From: an uncultured Gemmatimonadales bacterium
Lineage (GTDB): Bacteria; Gemmatimonadota; Gemmatimonadetes; Gemmatimonadales; Gemmatimonadaceae
Direction of reading: 5' to 3'
NCBI GenBank assembly: GCA_963701965.1
Contig: OY969695.1
Coordinates: 4,128,001-4,192,000, forward strand
Length of the DNA: 64,000 bases
Shown: positions 9,662 to 18,851 of the stretch, in pieces
How positions within the stretch are numbered: the first letter of the stretch is position 1
Layout of the letters: the number at the start of each line of letters is the position of its first letter
Translations under genes and position numbers: made by a program
The notes under the pieces: generated by a model
Databases searched by the model: none
The model's input: only the letters and a program-made list of their open reading frames with translations
Told to the model about the DNA's origin: nothing

Positions 9662-10620
9662 CAGCCCTTCCCGCCGCGCTCGACTTCCCAGACCAGCCAG
9701 CGGGCGATCGCGTTCACGATGATGGTGATCACGAACAGCACGAAGCCGACGGCCATGAGCGCCGAGAGATGCAGATCGCTCGATGCCTCGCTGAATTCGT
9801 TGGCGATGATCGACGCCATGGTATAGCCGGGCGCGAACAACGACGCCGAGATCTCGGGGCGGTTGCCGATCACCATCGTCACCGCCATGGTCTCACCCAG
9901 TGCCCGACCGAGGCCGAGGATGACTCCGCCGATGATGCCCGACTTGGCGTAGGGGAGCACGGCGCCCCAGATCATCTCCCATTTCGTGGCGCCGAGCGCC
10001 AAGGCCGCCTCGCGCTGCGCGCGGGGCACGGCCAACAAGACCTCGCGGGAGACCGACGCAACGTACGGCAGCACCATGATCGCCAGGATCAGCCCCGCCG
10101 CCAGCATGCTCGGTCCGTAGGCCGGTCCCTTGAACAGCGGGATGAAGCCCAAGTGCAGGGTGTCGCGGAGAAAGGGCATGACGCTCACGCGCAGCACGGG
10201 CAGCAGCACGAAGATGCCCCACAGGCCGTAGACGACGCTGGGAATGGCCGCCAGTAGGTCGACGAAAAACGCCACGGGTTGCCGCAGCCGCGGTGGCGCG
10301 AACTCGGAAAGAAATACCGACACGCCGATGGCCAACGGGGTGGCGATCAACAGGGCGATCGCCGACGAGACCAAGGTGCCGAAGATCGCCGGCGCGGCGC
10401 CGAACTTCCCGTTCACGGGGTCCCACGCGCTCGACGTCAGGAAGCTGAATCCGAACTGATGCAGCGCCGGCCAGCCGGCGCGGAAGATCTCGAGCGCGAT
10501 CAGGACGAGGAGAATCGGGACACAGATGGCGAACACCCAGATGGCGCCCGCGTAGATGCGGTCGCCGAGTGCCGAGCCCTCGATGCCGCCTTCCAACGGC
10601 TGCGTGACGACGTCACTCAC
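9661..10620 (-). CDS. pstC: Phosphate ABC transporter permease PstC
   Basis: LAAIPSVVYGLWG, GRALGETMAV, ASIIANEF motifs. Confidence 0.95.
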   Translation of the reverse strand: MSDVVTQPLEGGIEGSALGDRIYAGAIWVFAICVPILLVLIALEIFRAGWPALHQFGFSFLTSSAWDPVNGKFGAAPAIFGTLVSSAIALLIATPLAIGVSVFLSEFAPPRLRQPVAFFVDLLAAIPSVVYGLWGIFVLLPVLRVSVMPFLRDTLHLGFIPLFKGPAYGPSMLAAGLILAIMVLPYVASVSREVLLAVPRAQREAALALGATKWEMIWGAVLPYAKSGIIGGVILGLGRALGETMAVTMVIGNRPEISASLFAPGYTMASIIANEFSEASSDLHLSALMAVGFVLFVITIIVNAIARWLVWEVERGGKG

Positions 10621-11708
10621 GTACCGCTCGTCCCGACCGTCATCGAATCCAGACGAGCGGTCAGTCGGGTGGCGAGAGCCTGGGGCAGCGGCGCGTAGTC
10701 GAGAGGCGCCGCCTGTTGCTCACCATCCGTCAGCGCCCAACGCAGGAAGTCGACAAGCTTCTTGCCTTTCCCCGCATCGGGTTCGTTCTTGTACACCAGG
10801 ATGTACGTGAACGATGAGATCGGGTACGTGGTTGCGCCCGGGGCGTTGACGATCGACACGCGATAGTCCGTGTTGGGCGGGAACTTGGACGCGGCCCCTT
10901 CGGCCGCCGCCGTCACCGACGCCACGCTCGGCGCCACGAACTGGCCGGCGGCGTTCTTGATCGCGGCCGTCGGGAGTTGGTTCTGCTTCGCGTAGGCCAA
11001 CTCGACGTATCCGATCGCGCCGGGTGTCTGCTTCACCTGTCCGGCCACGCCTTCGTTGCCCTTGCCGCCCACGCCGACGGGCCACTGCAACTCCTTCCCC
11101 TTGCCGGGCGACCGGGCCCACTCCGGGCTGACGCTGGCCAGATAATCCGTGAAGATGAACGTCGTGCCGCTCCCGTCGGACCGGTGCACGACGAGGATGT
11201 CCTGATTGGGGAGTTGGACACCCTTATTGAGAGCCGCGATCTGTTTGTCGTTCCATTTCGTGATCGTTCCCCGAAAGATCGCGGCCACGATGTCGCCGCT
11301 CAGATCCAGGGGGGCCGTCACTCCTGGCAGGTTGTACGTAATGACAACCGCGCCCACGACGGTGGGGATGTGATACACCGGCCCCTTGAGCTTGCCCATC
11401 TCGGCGTCGCTCATCGGCGCGTCCGACGCCCCGAAATCGACGGTGTTCTCGGTGAGCTGGCGGATCCCGCCGCCCGATCCGATGGACTGATAGTTGATCT
11501 TGACGCCGGTCTTCGTGGCGTAGTCGGCAAACCACTTCGAGTAGATCGGGTAGGGGAACGTCGCCCCCGCTCCAGTCAAATCGGCGCCGCTCGCGGTCAT
11601 AGCACTCGGTGTCGCGGACTTGGACGCGTTCGACGCGTTCTGGTCCCCGCCACAAGCGCCGGCGCCCAGGGCCGCAATTGCCCCAATGGCCCAGCTCCAA
11701 TGCTTCAC
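10617..11708 (-). CDS. pstS: Phosphate-binding protein PstS, lipoprotein form
   Basis: GAGATFPYP, GSGGG, RSDGSGTT, GKGNEGV; GTG start after GAGGAG; lipobox-like LGAGAC. Confidence 0.94.
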   Translation of the reverse strand: MKHWSWAIGAIAALGAGACGGDQNASNASKSATPSAMTASGADLTGAGATFPYPIYSKWFADYATKTGVKINYQSIGSGGGIRQLTENTVDFGASDAPMSDAEMGKLKGPVYHIPTVVGAVVITYNLPGVTAPLDLSGDIVAAIFRGTITKWNDKQIAALNKGVQLPNQDILVVHRSDGSGTTFIFTDYLASVSPEWARSPGKGKELQWPVGVGGKGNEGVAGQVKQTPGAIGYVELAYAKQNQLPTAAIKNAAGQFVAPSVASVTAAAEGAASKFPPNTDYRVSIVNAPGATTYPISSFTYILVYKNEPDAGKGKKLVDFLRWALTDGEQQAAPLDYAPLPQALATRLTARLDSMTVGTSGT

Positions 11709-11771
11709 TTGTACTCCTCGTACCGTGTGCCGGAAGTTAGACCACGGTGAAGGGGGCATGACTATCGCCCT

Positions 11772-11798
11772 GTAACGCCCTGTAACGGGCGCGTCACG
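11772..11798 (-). promoter_or_regulatory. Candidate Pho box upstream of the lipoprotein pstS
   Basis: Plus strand GTAAC(11772), GTAAC(11782), GTCAC(11793); the GTAACG-N4-CGTCACG core recurs upstream of the other pstS. Confidence 0.55.
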
Positions 11799-11819
11799 CC
11801 CCCTATGAGCGGCGAGTGT

Positions 11820-12857
11820 TTAGCGCTCGGCCGTCTGGACCGTGCTCAGGTGCTGGTCGATGATCGAGACGATGTTGTTGGGCAGCGGCGCGTAGTCGAG
11901 GGCGGGCGCCAGCTTCTCGCCATCGTGGACGGCCCATTTCACGAAGTCGAGCAACTTCTTGCCTTTCGCGGCATCGGCGTACGACTTGGGAATCAACAAG
12001 AACGTGAAGGACGAGATCGGGTAGGAATCGTTGCCGGGCGCGTTCACGATGGAAACGCGGAAATCGGTCGACTCCGGCAGCTTGGCCAATGCGCCGGCGG
12101 CCGTCACCGATTGCACCGTCGGCTCGACGAACTTGCCGGCGGCATTCTGCACGAGCGCGACCGGGAGCTGGTTCTGACGGGCATAGACGAGCTCGACATA
12201 TCCAATCGAGTACGGCGTCTGCTTCACTTGTCCCGCGACGCCCTCGTTGCCCTTGCCGCCAATACCGACCGGCCACTGCAACTCCTTGCCACGGCCGGGC
12301 GCCGTCGCCCACTTCGGGCTCACCGTTGCCAGATAGTCGGAAAAGATGAACGTGGTGCCCGACCCGTCCGAGCGATGGACCGCGAGAATATCGTTTGCCG
12401 GTAGCCTGAGGCCTTTGTTCAACGCGGCGATTTCAGGCGCGTTCCATTTCACAATGTCGCCCGTGAAGATCCGGGCGATGACATCGCCGGTCAGTTTGAT
12501 CGACTGCGTGACGCCCGGCAGGTTGTACGTGAGCACCACGGCGCCGAGCACGGTCGGAATATGCAGGACCGGACCTTTGAGCTTGGCGATCTCGGCATCG
12601 CTCATCGGCGCGTCCGACGCGCCGAAATCAACGGTGCCTTCGGTGAGCTGGCGAATGCCGCCGCCCGACCCGATGGATTGATAGTTGATCTTGACGCCGG
12701 TCTTCGTCGCGTAATCGGCGAACCACTTCGAGTAGATCGGATACGGGAACGTTGCGCCGGCCCCCGTGAGGTCCGCACCCTGCGCGGCCGCGGTGCCGGA
12801 GACGAGGCCGCCGGCGATCAGCGCCAGGCCGGCACGCGTAAGTTGACGAATCGACAC
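11820..12857 (-). CDS. pstS: Phosphate-binding protein PstS, soluble periplasmic form
   Basis: Same PstS motifs; GTG start after GGAG; signal peptide ending AAA-Q with no Cys. Confidence 0.94.
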   Translation of the reverse strand: MSIRQLTRAGLALIAGGLVSGTAAAQGADLTGAGATFPYPIYSKWFADYATKTGVKINYQSIGSGGGIRQLTEGTVDFGASDAPMSDAEIAKLKGPVLHIPTVLGAVVLTYNLPGVTQSIKLTGDVIARIFTGDIVKWNAPEIAALNKGLRLPANDILAVHRSDGSGTTFIFSDYLATVSPKWATAPGRGKELQWPVGIGGKGNEGVAGQVKQTPYSIGYVELVYARQNQLPVALVQNAAGKFVEPTVQSVTAAGALAKLPESTDFRVSIVNAPGNDSYPISSFTFLLIPKSYADAAKGKKLLDFVKWAVHDGEKLAPALDYAPLPNNIVSIIDQHLSTVQTAER

Positions 12858-12914
12858 CTGTGTCTCCCAGGAAAGAAGTCGAGGCAACTTACGTGTGGCA
12901 TCGAGTCGCGCCGG

Positions 12915-12931
12915 GTAACGCGTCCGTCACG
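12915..12931 (-). promoter_or_regulatory. Candidate Pho box upstream of the first pstS
   Basis: GTAACG-CGTC-CGTCACG; half-sites 11 nt apart, as for OmpR/PhoB-family direct repeats. Confidence 0.55.
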
Positions 12932-12942
12932 TTCCGTTCGCG

Positions 12943-14328
12943 TTACGACGGATTCACCAACGGCGCCGGGAAAAATGCGGACACACTGGTGCCGCGGCCG
13001 GGTTGGCTCTCGGCTTTCACCGATCCGCCATGCGCTTCCACGAGATGCCGCACGATAGCGAGGCCCAGACCGGTGCCGCCTTCGTCGCGCGACCGCGCCC
13101 GATCGATGCGATAGAACCGCTCGAAGATGCGCGGCAAATGTTCGGCGGCGATCCCGATGCCGGTGTCGCGCACGCCGACCCACACGCCGTTGTCCTCGGC
13201 GATCGTGAACACGGTCACGCGCCCGCTCGGGGTGTGACGGATGGCGTTTTCCGCGAGGTTGCTCAACACCTGCCGCAGCGCGGTGGGATCGGCGAACGCG
13301 ACGCGCGCGTCCTCGGGAATCGCGAACTCCAACGCCACGCCCTTTTCCTCGGCAATGATCTTGGCCCGCGTCGTCGCCTCGACCGCCAGCGGGCCGACAT
13401 CGAGCGATTGTGGATTGGGCACCCAACCGCCGGACTCAATGCGCGACAGATCGAGGAGGTCATCGACGATGCGCTGCATCCGACGGGTGTTGGCGAGAAT
13501 CGTCTCGGCGAATTGCCGCCGCTGCGGCGCCGGAAGCGCCTCATCGGTCAGTGTCTCCGCGAACCCGCCCACGACGGTGAGCGGCGTCCGCAGTTCATGG
13601 GACACGTTGGCGACGAAATCCCGACGGACGGTCTCCAGCTTCCGCGTCAATGTCAGGTCCAGGAGCGCGAGCACCGCGCCGCCGCGCGCCAGGGGACGCG
13701 CGGCCAACGCCAGGTTGCGGCCATCAATGAACGTTTCGATCGACTCCGTCGCCGTGCCGGCGACGGCCGCCCCGAGCGCTTCGCGCAGGACGCGTTCACG
13801 CGGGAGGCGATCCAATGAGAAGGGCGTCGCATCGCGCACGCGCAGGAGACGGCGGCCAATCGCGTTGATGCGGACCACGCGCTGGCGGGCATCCACTGCG
13901 AGCACGCCTTCGTTGAGCGAATCGAGCAGCGCCGTCAGCAGCGATTCTTCCTCTTCCAGCGTGGTGAGCCGGGAGGAGAGCTGCTCGGCGAGCCAATGAA
14001 TGGCGATCGCCAGATCGCCCACCTCGCCGGGAGCCGAGAGCGCGGGGCGGCGCGAGAGATCACCGGCGGCCAGCGCCCGCGCGACGTCGCGGAGCTCAAT
14101 GATCGGACGGCTGACCGCGCGGGAGAAGAGAAACGCGATCGCCGCGGCAATGGCCAGCGCGACGAATCCCACGAAGTAGACGTCGTTGCGCGCTTCCCGG
14201 ATCAGCGTTTGCGTCCCGAGGTCGGCGATCCGGGCGTTGAGGCGCCACTCGATCACCCCCACCACGCACGCCACGAGAACGCTGACGACGATCAGCGATC
14301 CGAGGAGCAGGCGTTGGGTGAGCCGCAA
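12943..14328 (-). CDS. phoR: Sensor histidine kinase PhoR-like (2 TM, HAMP, PAS, HisKA, HATPase)
   Basis: RRDFVANVSHELRTPLT H-box, NLAENAIRH, DTGIGI, RIFERFYR, GGTGLGL; between phoB and pstS. Confidence 0.9.
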   Translation of the reverse strand: MRLTQRLLLGSLIVVSVLVACVVGVIEWRLNARIADLGTQTLIREARNDVYFVGFVALAIAAAIAFLFSRAVSRPIIELRDVARALAAGDLSRRPALSAPGEVGDLAIAIHWLAEQLSSRLTTLEEEESLLTALLDSLNEGVLAVDARQRVVRINAIGRRLLRVRDATPFSLDRLPRERVLREALGAAVAGTATESIETFIDGRNLALAARPLARGGAVLALLDLTLTRKLETVRRDFVANVSHELRTPLTVVGGFAETLTDEALPAPQRRQFAETILANTRRMQRIVDDLLDLSRIESGGWVPNPQSLDVGPLAVEATTRAKIIAEEKGVALEFAIPEDARVAFADPTALRQVLSNLAENAIRHTPSGRVTVFTIAEDNGVWVGVRDTGIGIAAEHLPRIFERFYRIDRARSRDEGGTGLGLAIVRHLVEAHGGSVKAESQPGRGTSVSAFFPAPLVNPS

Positions 14329-14340
14329 TGCGCTAGGGCA

Positions 14341-15057
14341 CTACGCCGTGCGCGAGTGCCCCGCCTTGAGTCGATAGCCGAACCCGCGCACCGTCTCGAT
14401 CAGATCGCCCGCGGCGCCCAGCTTCGTACGCAAGCGCTGGATGTGCATGTCCACGGTGCGCGTCTGAATGTCGGGTGCGGCGTCCCACACGGTCTCGAGC
14501 AAGTGCCCGCGCGCTTGCACGCGGCCGCGACGCTCGGCCAAAGTGAGCAGGAGCTTGAACTCCGTCGGCGTGAGATCAATGTCCGTCCCGTCGACGCTGA
14601 CCCGGTGCGCGGCGCGGTCAATGTGGATTGGCCCGATCGCCAGCACATCGTTGGTCCCGCCGCCCGCCGCGCCCACGCGCCGCAGAATGGCGCCCACGCG
14701 CAGCACCAGCTCCTGAGGACTGAACGGCTTCGTGAGATAGTCGTCCGCGCCCAGCGACAATCCTCTGATCCGGTCCGGCTCGTCTTTGCGCGCGGTGAGC
14801 ATGAGAATCGCGACCTCGCGCGTCCCATCATCGCCGCGCAACTGCTCCATCACGTCAAAGCCGGAAAGACCGGGCAGCATGAGATCCAGCACCACCAGTG
14901 CCGGGCGCTCCTGCCGCGCGAGTCCCAGGGCGTCGTAGCCGTTCGCCGCTGTGGAAACGCGATATCCCGATTTTGCCAAATGGTATGCAACCAAGGCCAC
15001 AATGTCCGGCTCGTCATCGACGACCAAGACTCGTTCGCTGCTAGGCGGCGCGATCAT
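14341..15057 (-). CDS. phoB: OmpR-family response regulator PhoB/PhoP
   Basis: LVVDDE, LDLMLP, LTAR, GADDYLTKPF, RTVDMHIQRLR, TVRGFGY; start at MIAPP (15057) is approximate. Confidence 0.9.
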   Translation of the reverse strand: MIAPPSSERVLVVDDEPDIVALVAYHLAKSGYRVSTAANGYDALGLARQERPALVVLDLMLPGLSGFDVMEQLRGDDGTREVAILMLTARKDEPDRIRGLSLGADDYLTKPFSPQELVLRVGAILRRVGAAGGGTNDVLAIGPIHIDRAAHRVSVDGTDIDLTPTEFKLLLTLAERRGRVQARGHLLETVWDAAPDIQTRTVDMHIQRLRTKLGAAGDLIETVRGFGYRLKAGHSRTA

Positions 15058-15222
15058 ACTCTCCGAACCAGTCGGTGACCTGTGGCGAAGCGCCCGTAAC
15101 ACACCGAGGAGCTTGTCGGTCTTGGGTCAGAAGCGAAAGTTCCATGGCAGTCACGGTATTGTATCGGTAGAAAGCTCTGGGATGCTGGCCCCGCCGTCAA
15201 CTGCCGCGCTAGGTTTTTCGAC

Positions 15223-15438
15223 TTGACTCTGTTGCTCCGAGCGTACGTAAATGGCGCGCCGGTCAATGTGCCACCGGGTGGAACGGCACTCAATGCGGTA
15301 CGCGTGGCCGATCCCTCGGCCGCGGACGCAGTGGCGCGTCGGGAGATGATCATCACCGACAGCCGCGGTCTGCCGATCGAGCCGGACGTCCCCGTGCATG
15401 GCGGCTCGATCTTTCGTCTGATCGTGGCCCGGCGCTGA
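15223..15438 (+). CDS. Small hypothetical protein, possible beta-grasp fold
   Basis: 71 aa, precedes add in the same direction; YVNG.PV.VP.G.T.L.A pattern resembles ThiS/2Fe-2S N-termini but lacks Cys and C-terminal GG. Confidence 0.6.
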   Translation: MTLLLRAYVNGAPVNVPPGGTALNAVRVADPSAADAVARREMIITDSRGLPIEPDVPVHGGSIFRLIVARR

Positions 15439-15449
15439 CGGTCCTGCCC

Positions 15450-16472
15450 GTGCACCGCGACTGGCTGCGCCGCCTGCCCAAGGCCGAGCTCCACTGTCAT
15501 CTCGACGGTTCGCTTCGCCCTGCCACGCTGCTGGAATTGGCGACCGAATACGGCGTCCCACTCCCCGCCCGCGACGCCGAAGGCGTGCGCGCGCACATGC
15601 GGGTCGCCGACGCCCGCAACCTCGCGGACTATCTGGCGCGCTTCACGACCACGGTCGCCGTGCTCCAACGCGCCGACGCATTGGAGCGGGTCGCCTACGA
15701 GTTGGTCGAAGACGCGGCGCGCGAGGGCGTGCGCTACATCGAGATCCGGTACGCGCCGATTCTCAACGTCCGCGAAGGTCTCTCTCTGGTCGAGACCGTC
15801 GCAGCGCCGCTCCGGGGCCTGGCCCGCGCCGAGCGGGATCACGGATGCATCGCCCGCGTCATCATCTGCGCGCTGCGCCACCTGGCGCCGTCGGTGTCGA
15901 TGGAGCTGGCCGAGCTGGCGGCCGCGTTTCGGGGCAGCGGCGTGGTGGGCTTTGACTTGGCGGGGGCCGAATTGGGACATCCCGCGGCCGAGCACGCCGC
16001 CGCGTTCCTCTACGCGCGAGAACGGGACTTGGCGTGCACCTGCCACGCCGGCGAGGGGGACGGCGCGGCCTCCGTGCGCCAGGCCGTGCACCGGTGCGGC
16101 GCCCACCGGATCGGACACGCCACGCGGCTGATCGAGGATCCCGCGCTGACCGAGTACGTCAACGACCGCCGCATCCCGCTCGAGATCTGCCTGACGTCGA
16201 ACGTGCAGACGCGCGCCGCGGCATCCTACGCCGAGCATCCGCTGCGGCGCTATTTCGATCTCGGGCTCAACGTCGTGTTGAATACCGACAACCGGCTCAT
16301 GAGCGACACGACGCTGACCGACGAGTATGCGCACGCGGCGGCGCACCTGGGTTTCACGGGCGACGAGTTGTGCGCGCTGGCGCTCAATGGATTCGAGAGC
16401 GCGTTTCTCCCGTGGCCGGAGCGGCAAGCAATGGTCAATCGCATGCGCGCCGAGATCAGCGCCTTGCGATGA
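15450..16472 (+). CDS. add: Adenosine deaminase
   Basis: LPKAELHCHLDGS, GFDLAGAE, HAGE, RIGH, EICLTSN, NTDN motifs. Confidence 0.95.
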   Translation: MHRDWLRRLPKAELHCHLDGSLRPATLLELATEYGVPLPARDAEGVRAHMRVADARNLADYLARFTTTVAVLQRADALERVAYELVEDAAREGVRYIEIRYAPILNVREGLSLVETVAAPLRGLARAERDHGCIARVIICALRHLAPSVSMELAELAAAFRGSGVVGFDLAGAELGHPAAEHAAAFLYARERDLACTCHAGEGDGAASVRQAVHRCGAHRIGHATRLIEDPALTEYVNDRRIPLEICLTSNVQTRAAASYAEHPLRRYFDLGLNVVLNTDNRLMSDTTLTDEYAHAAAHLGFTGDELCALALNGFESAFLPWPERQAMVNRMRAEISALR

Positions 16473-17269
16473 CGGACGCCGCGATCGCGCACGCGGCGGC
16501 GGCGTTCCGCACGGGTTGCGGCACCACGGCGCCAGCGCTCGGGATCGTCCTCGGCTCCGGACTGAGCGGCCTCGCCGCGCACATTGAGCACCCGACGCGT
16601 GTACGATTCGCCGACTTGCCGGGACTCCCAATGCCGCTCACGCCCGGTCACACCGGTGAGCTGGTGCATGGCATGCTCGGGCCTCGCGAGGTCGTGGTGG
16701 TCGCCGGCCGCCTGCACCGCTACGAGGGCGTGGCCCCCGACGTCGCGACGGTCCCGATTCGCATCCTGGCCGCGCTCGGCGTTCGCGCCCTCGTGCTTTC
16801 CAACGCCGCCGGCGGCATTCGGCCGGATCTCGCGCCCGGTACCTTCATGCTCATCACGGATCACCTGAACGTGATGTGGGGCGGCCCGCGACTGCCGGCC
16901 GGACGCTTCGGGCCGGTGTACGATGCGGCGCTGGGAGACGCAATGCGCGACGCGGCGTCGGCGGCACACATCGTCCTCGCTGAAGGAGTCTATGCCGCCG
17001 TTCTTGGTCCGTCGTACGAAACGCCCGCCGAGATCCGCATGCTGGCCCGCCTCGGCGCCGACGCCGTCGGGATGTCCACGGCGCCGGAGGCCGAGTTGGC
17101 GTCGGCACTGGGGATGCGCGTCGCCGCGGTCAGCTGCATCACCAATCGCGCCAGCGGCACGTCGGACCAGCCGCTCGGTCACGCCAATGTGCTCGCGGTC
17201 ACGCGGGATGCCGCGCCCCGCTTCGAGCGGCTCCTAGGAAAGTTCGCGGCGGGATTTCAGGCCCAGTGA
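16469..17269 (+). CDS. punA: Purine nucleoside phosphorylase (trimeric type)
   Basis: ATGA overlap with add; IVLGSGL, GRLHRYEG, SNAAGG, GPSYETPAE, DAVGMST, ITNRA. Confidence 0.92.
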   Translation: MTDAAIAHAAAAFRTGCGTTAPALGIVLGSGLSGLAAHIEHPTRVRFADLPGLPMPLTPGHTGELVHGMLGPREVVVVAGRLHRYEGVAPDVATVPIRILAALGVRALVLSNAAGGIRPDLAPGTFMLITDHLNVMWGGPRLPAGRFGPVYDAALGDAMRDAASAAHIVLAEGVYAAVLGPSYETPAEIRMLARLGADAVGMSTAPEAELASALGMRVAAVSCITNRASGTSDQPLGHANVLAVTRDAAPRFERLLGKFAAGFQAQ

Positions 17270-18084
17270 TCGAGTGGGCCGTGACCGGCGCCCAATCCCG
17301 GCGCCCGCGCAATGGCTCGCTCCACGAACTGGATGGCGGTCGCGACCGCGTCGCCCAACGTGGCGCCCGACGCCAGACCCGCGGTGATCGCCGCGGACAG
17401 CGTGCACCCGGTGCCGTGGGTATGCCGCGACGCGAGCCGGCAATGCCGGAACACGCGCAGGTCGTCGCCGCTCACCAGCACGTCGCTCAGAAAGCCATCG
17501 CCCGATTGGTCCGGCGCCAGATGGCCGCCTTTCACGAGCACCGCGCGCGCGCCGTACCGCGCAATGAGCGCGCGCGCCGCGCGCGCCATGGCGTCAATGT
17601 CGCGCACGCGCTCCCCGGTCAACGCCTCGATCTCATCGAGATTCGGTGTGACCAGATCGGCGAGCGGCAACAAGTGGCGCCGCATGACGATCACGGCGTC
17701 GGGTGCGATCAGAGGGACGCCGGTCGTTGCAACCATCACGGGGTCGAGCACGTACGGGCCCAAATGATGGGCCACCAGAGCGTGCGCGACGGTTTCGACG
17801 ATCCCTGCCGTTGGCAGCATGCCGCTCTTGACGGCCCGTGGTGGCAGGTCGGAGGCGACGGCGTCGATCTGTGCGCGCACGAGCGCCGGCTCGACCGGCT
17901 GCCACGCCATCACTCCGCGCGTGTTCTGCGCTGTGATGGCCGTGATCGCCGTCGTGCCGAAGACGCCAAAGCAATGAAAGACTCCCAGGTCAGCCTGGAT
18001 GCCGGCGCCGCCGCCCGAGTCCGATCCAGCGATCGAGAGCGCGACCGGGCGCGAGGTCTCTTGCGTCACCGGAGTCGAAGTCAT
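17257..18084 (-). CDS. thiD: Hydroxymethylpyrimidine/phosphomethylpyrimidine kinase
   Basis: IAGSDSGGGAGIQAD, TAITAQNT, DPVMVAT, TPNLDE, KGGH, HGTGCTLS. Confidence 0.96.
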   Translation of the reverse strand: MTSTPVTQETSRPVALSIAGSDSGGGAGIQADLGVFHCFGVFGTTAITAITAQNTRGVMAWQPVEPALVRAQIDAVASDLPPRAVKSGMLPTAGIVETVAHALVAHHLGPYVLDPVMVATTGVPLIAPDAVIVMRRHLLPLADLVTPNLDEIEALTGERVRDIDAMARAARALIARYGARAVLVKGGHLAPDQSGDGFLSDVLVSGDDLRVFRHCRLASRHTHGTGCTLSAAITAGLASGATLGDAVATAIQFVERAIARAPGLGAGHGPLDHWA

Positions 18085-18095
18085 ATGATAAAACG

Positions 18096-18851
18096 TTGAA
18101 AATACTAAGCTTAGCTCGCGATCTGCGGCGCCGAAAGGCGCGCGAGCGATCAGGTCGTTTCGTGGCCGAGGGCGTGCGCGCTGTCGAAGAGCTGCTCCGC
18201 TCGCCTTTGGTCATCCGGGGCGCCCTGGTGGCGCCGGCGCTCGACCGCGCGCCGCGGGGGACCGCTCTACGCGAGGCGCTCACCGTCCGGGGAGTCGAGG
18301 TGGCCGAAGTGGACGACCGTGAGCTGGCCAGTGCGGCCGAAACCGGGTCGCCCCAAGGCGTCGTCGCGGTGGCCGACGTGCCGGACCATCGCCTCGAGGA
18401 TGTCGCGGTGTCGGCCACGGCGCCGTTTCGGCTGCTCGTCTTGGATGGCGTGCAGGACCCCGGCAACGCCGGCACCATCGTCCGAACGGCCGCGGCGTTC
18501 GGCGTTGCGGCGACGGTGGCCTTGCCGGGCACGGTTGACCTGTGGAACGCCAAAGTCGTCCGTAGCGCAATGGGCGCCCTCTTCGTCCACACGACGCTCA
18601 CCGCCACGTGGGAGTCGCTGGACGCTTTTCGCGAACGACACGCCGTGCCCCTGTGGGGCGCCGATGCGGGCGGCCCGGCGATCGCCGCGCCGCCGAGGCG
18701 TCTGGCGTTGGTCGTCGGCAACGAGGGCGCGGGGCTCACGCCCGCGGCCCGCCAGCGCGTGGAGCGCCTCGTGGGTATTCCCGCCCCTCACGTGGAGTCG
18801 CTCAACGTCGCGGTGGCGACGGGCATTCTGCTCTACGCGCTGGCGACATGA
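18096..18851 (+). CDS. TrmH/SpoU-family RNA methyltransferase
   Basis: FVAEG, QDPGNAGTIVRTA, VRSAMG, GNEGAGL, ESLNVAVA. Confidence 0.93.
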   Translation: MKILSLARDLRRRKARERSGRFVAEGVRAVEELLRSPLVIRGALVAPALDRAPRGTALREALTVRGVEVAEVDDRELASAAETGSPQGVVAVADVPDHRLEDVAVSATAPFRLLVLDGVQDPGNAGTIVRTAAAFGVAATVALPGTVDLWNAKVVRSAMGALFVHTTLTATWESLDAFRERHAVPLWGADAGGPAIAAPPRRLALVVGNEGAGLTPAARQRVERLVGIPAPHVESLNVAVATGILLYALAT

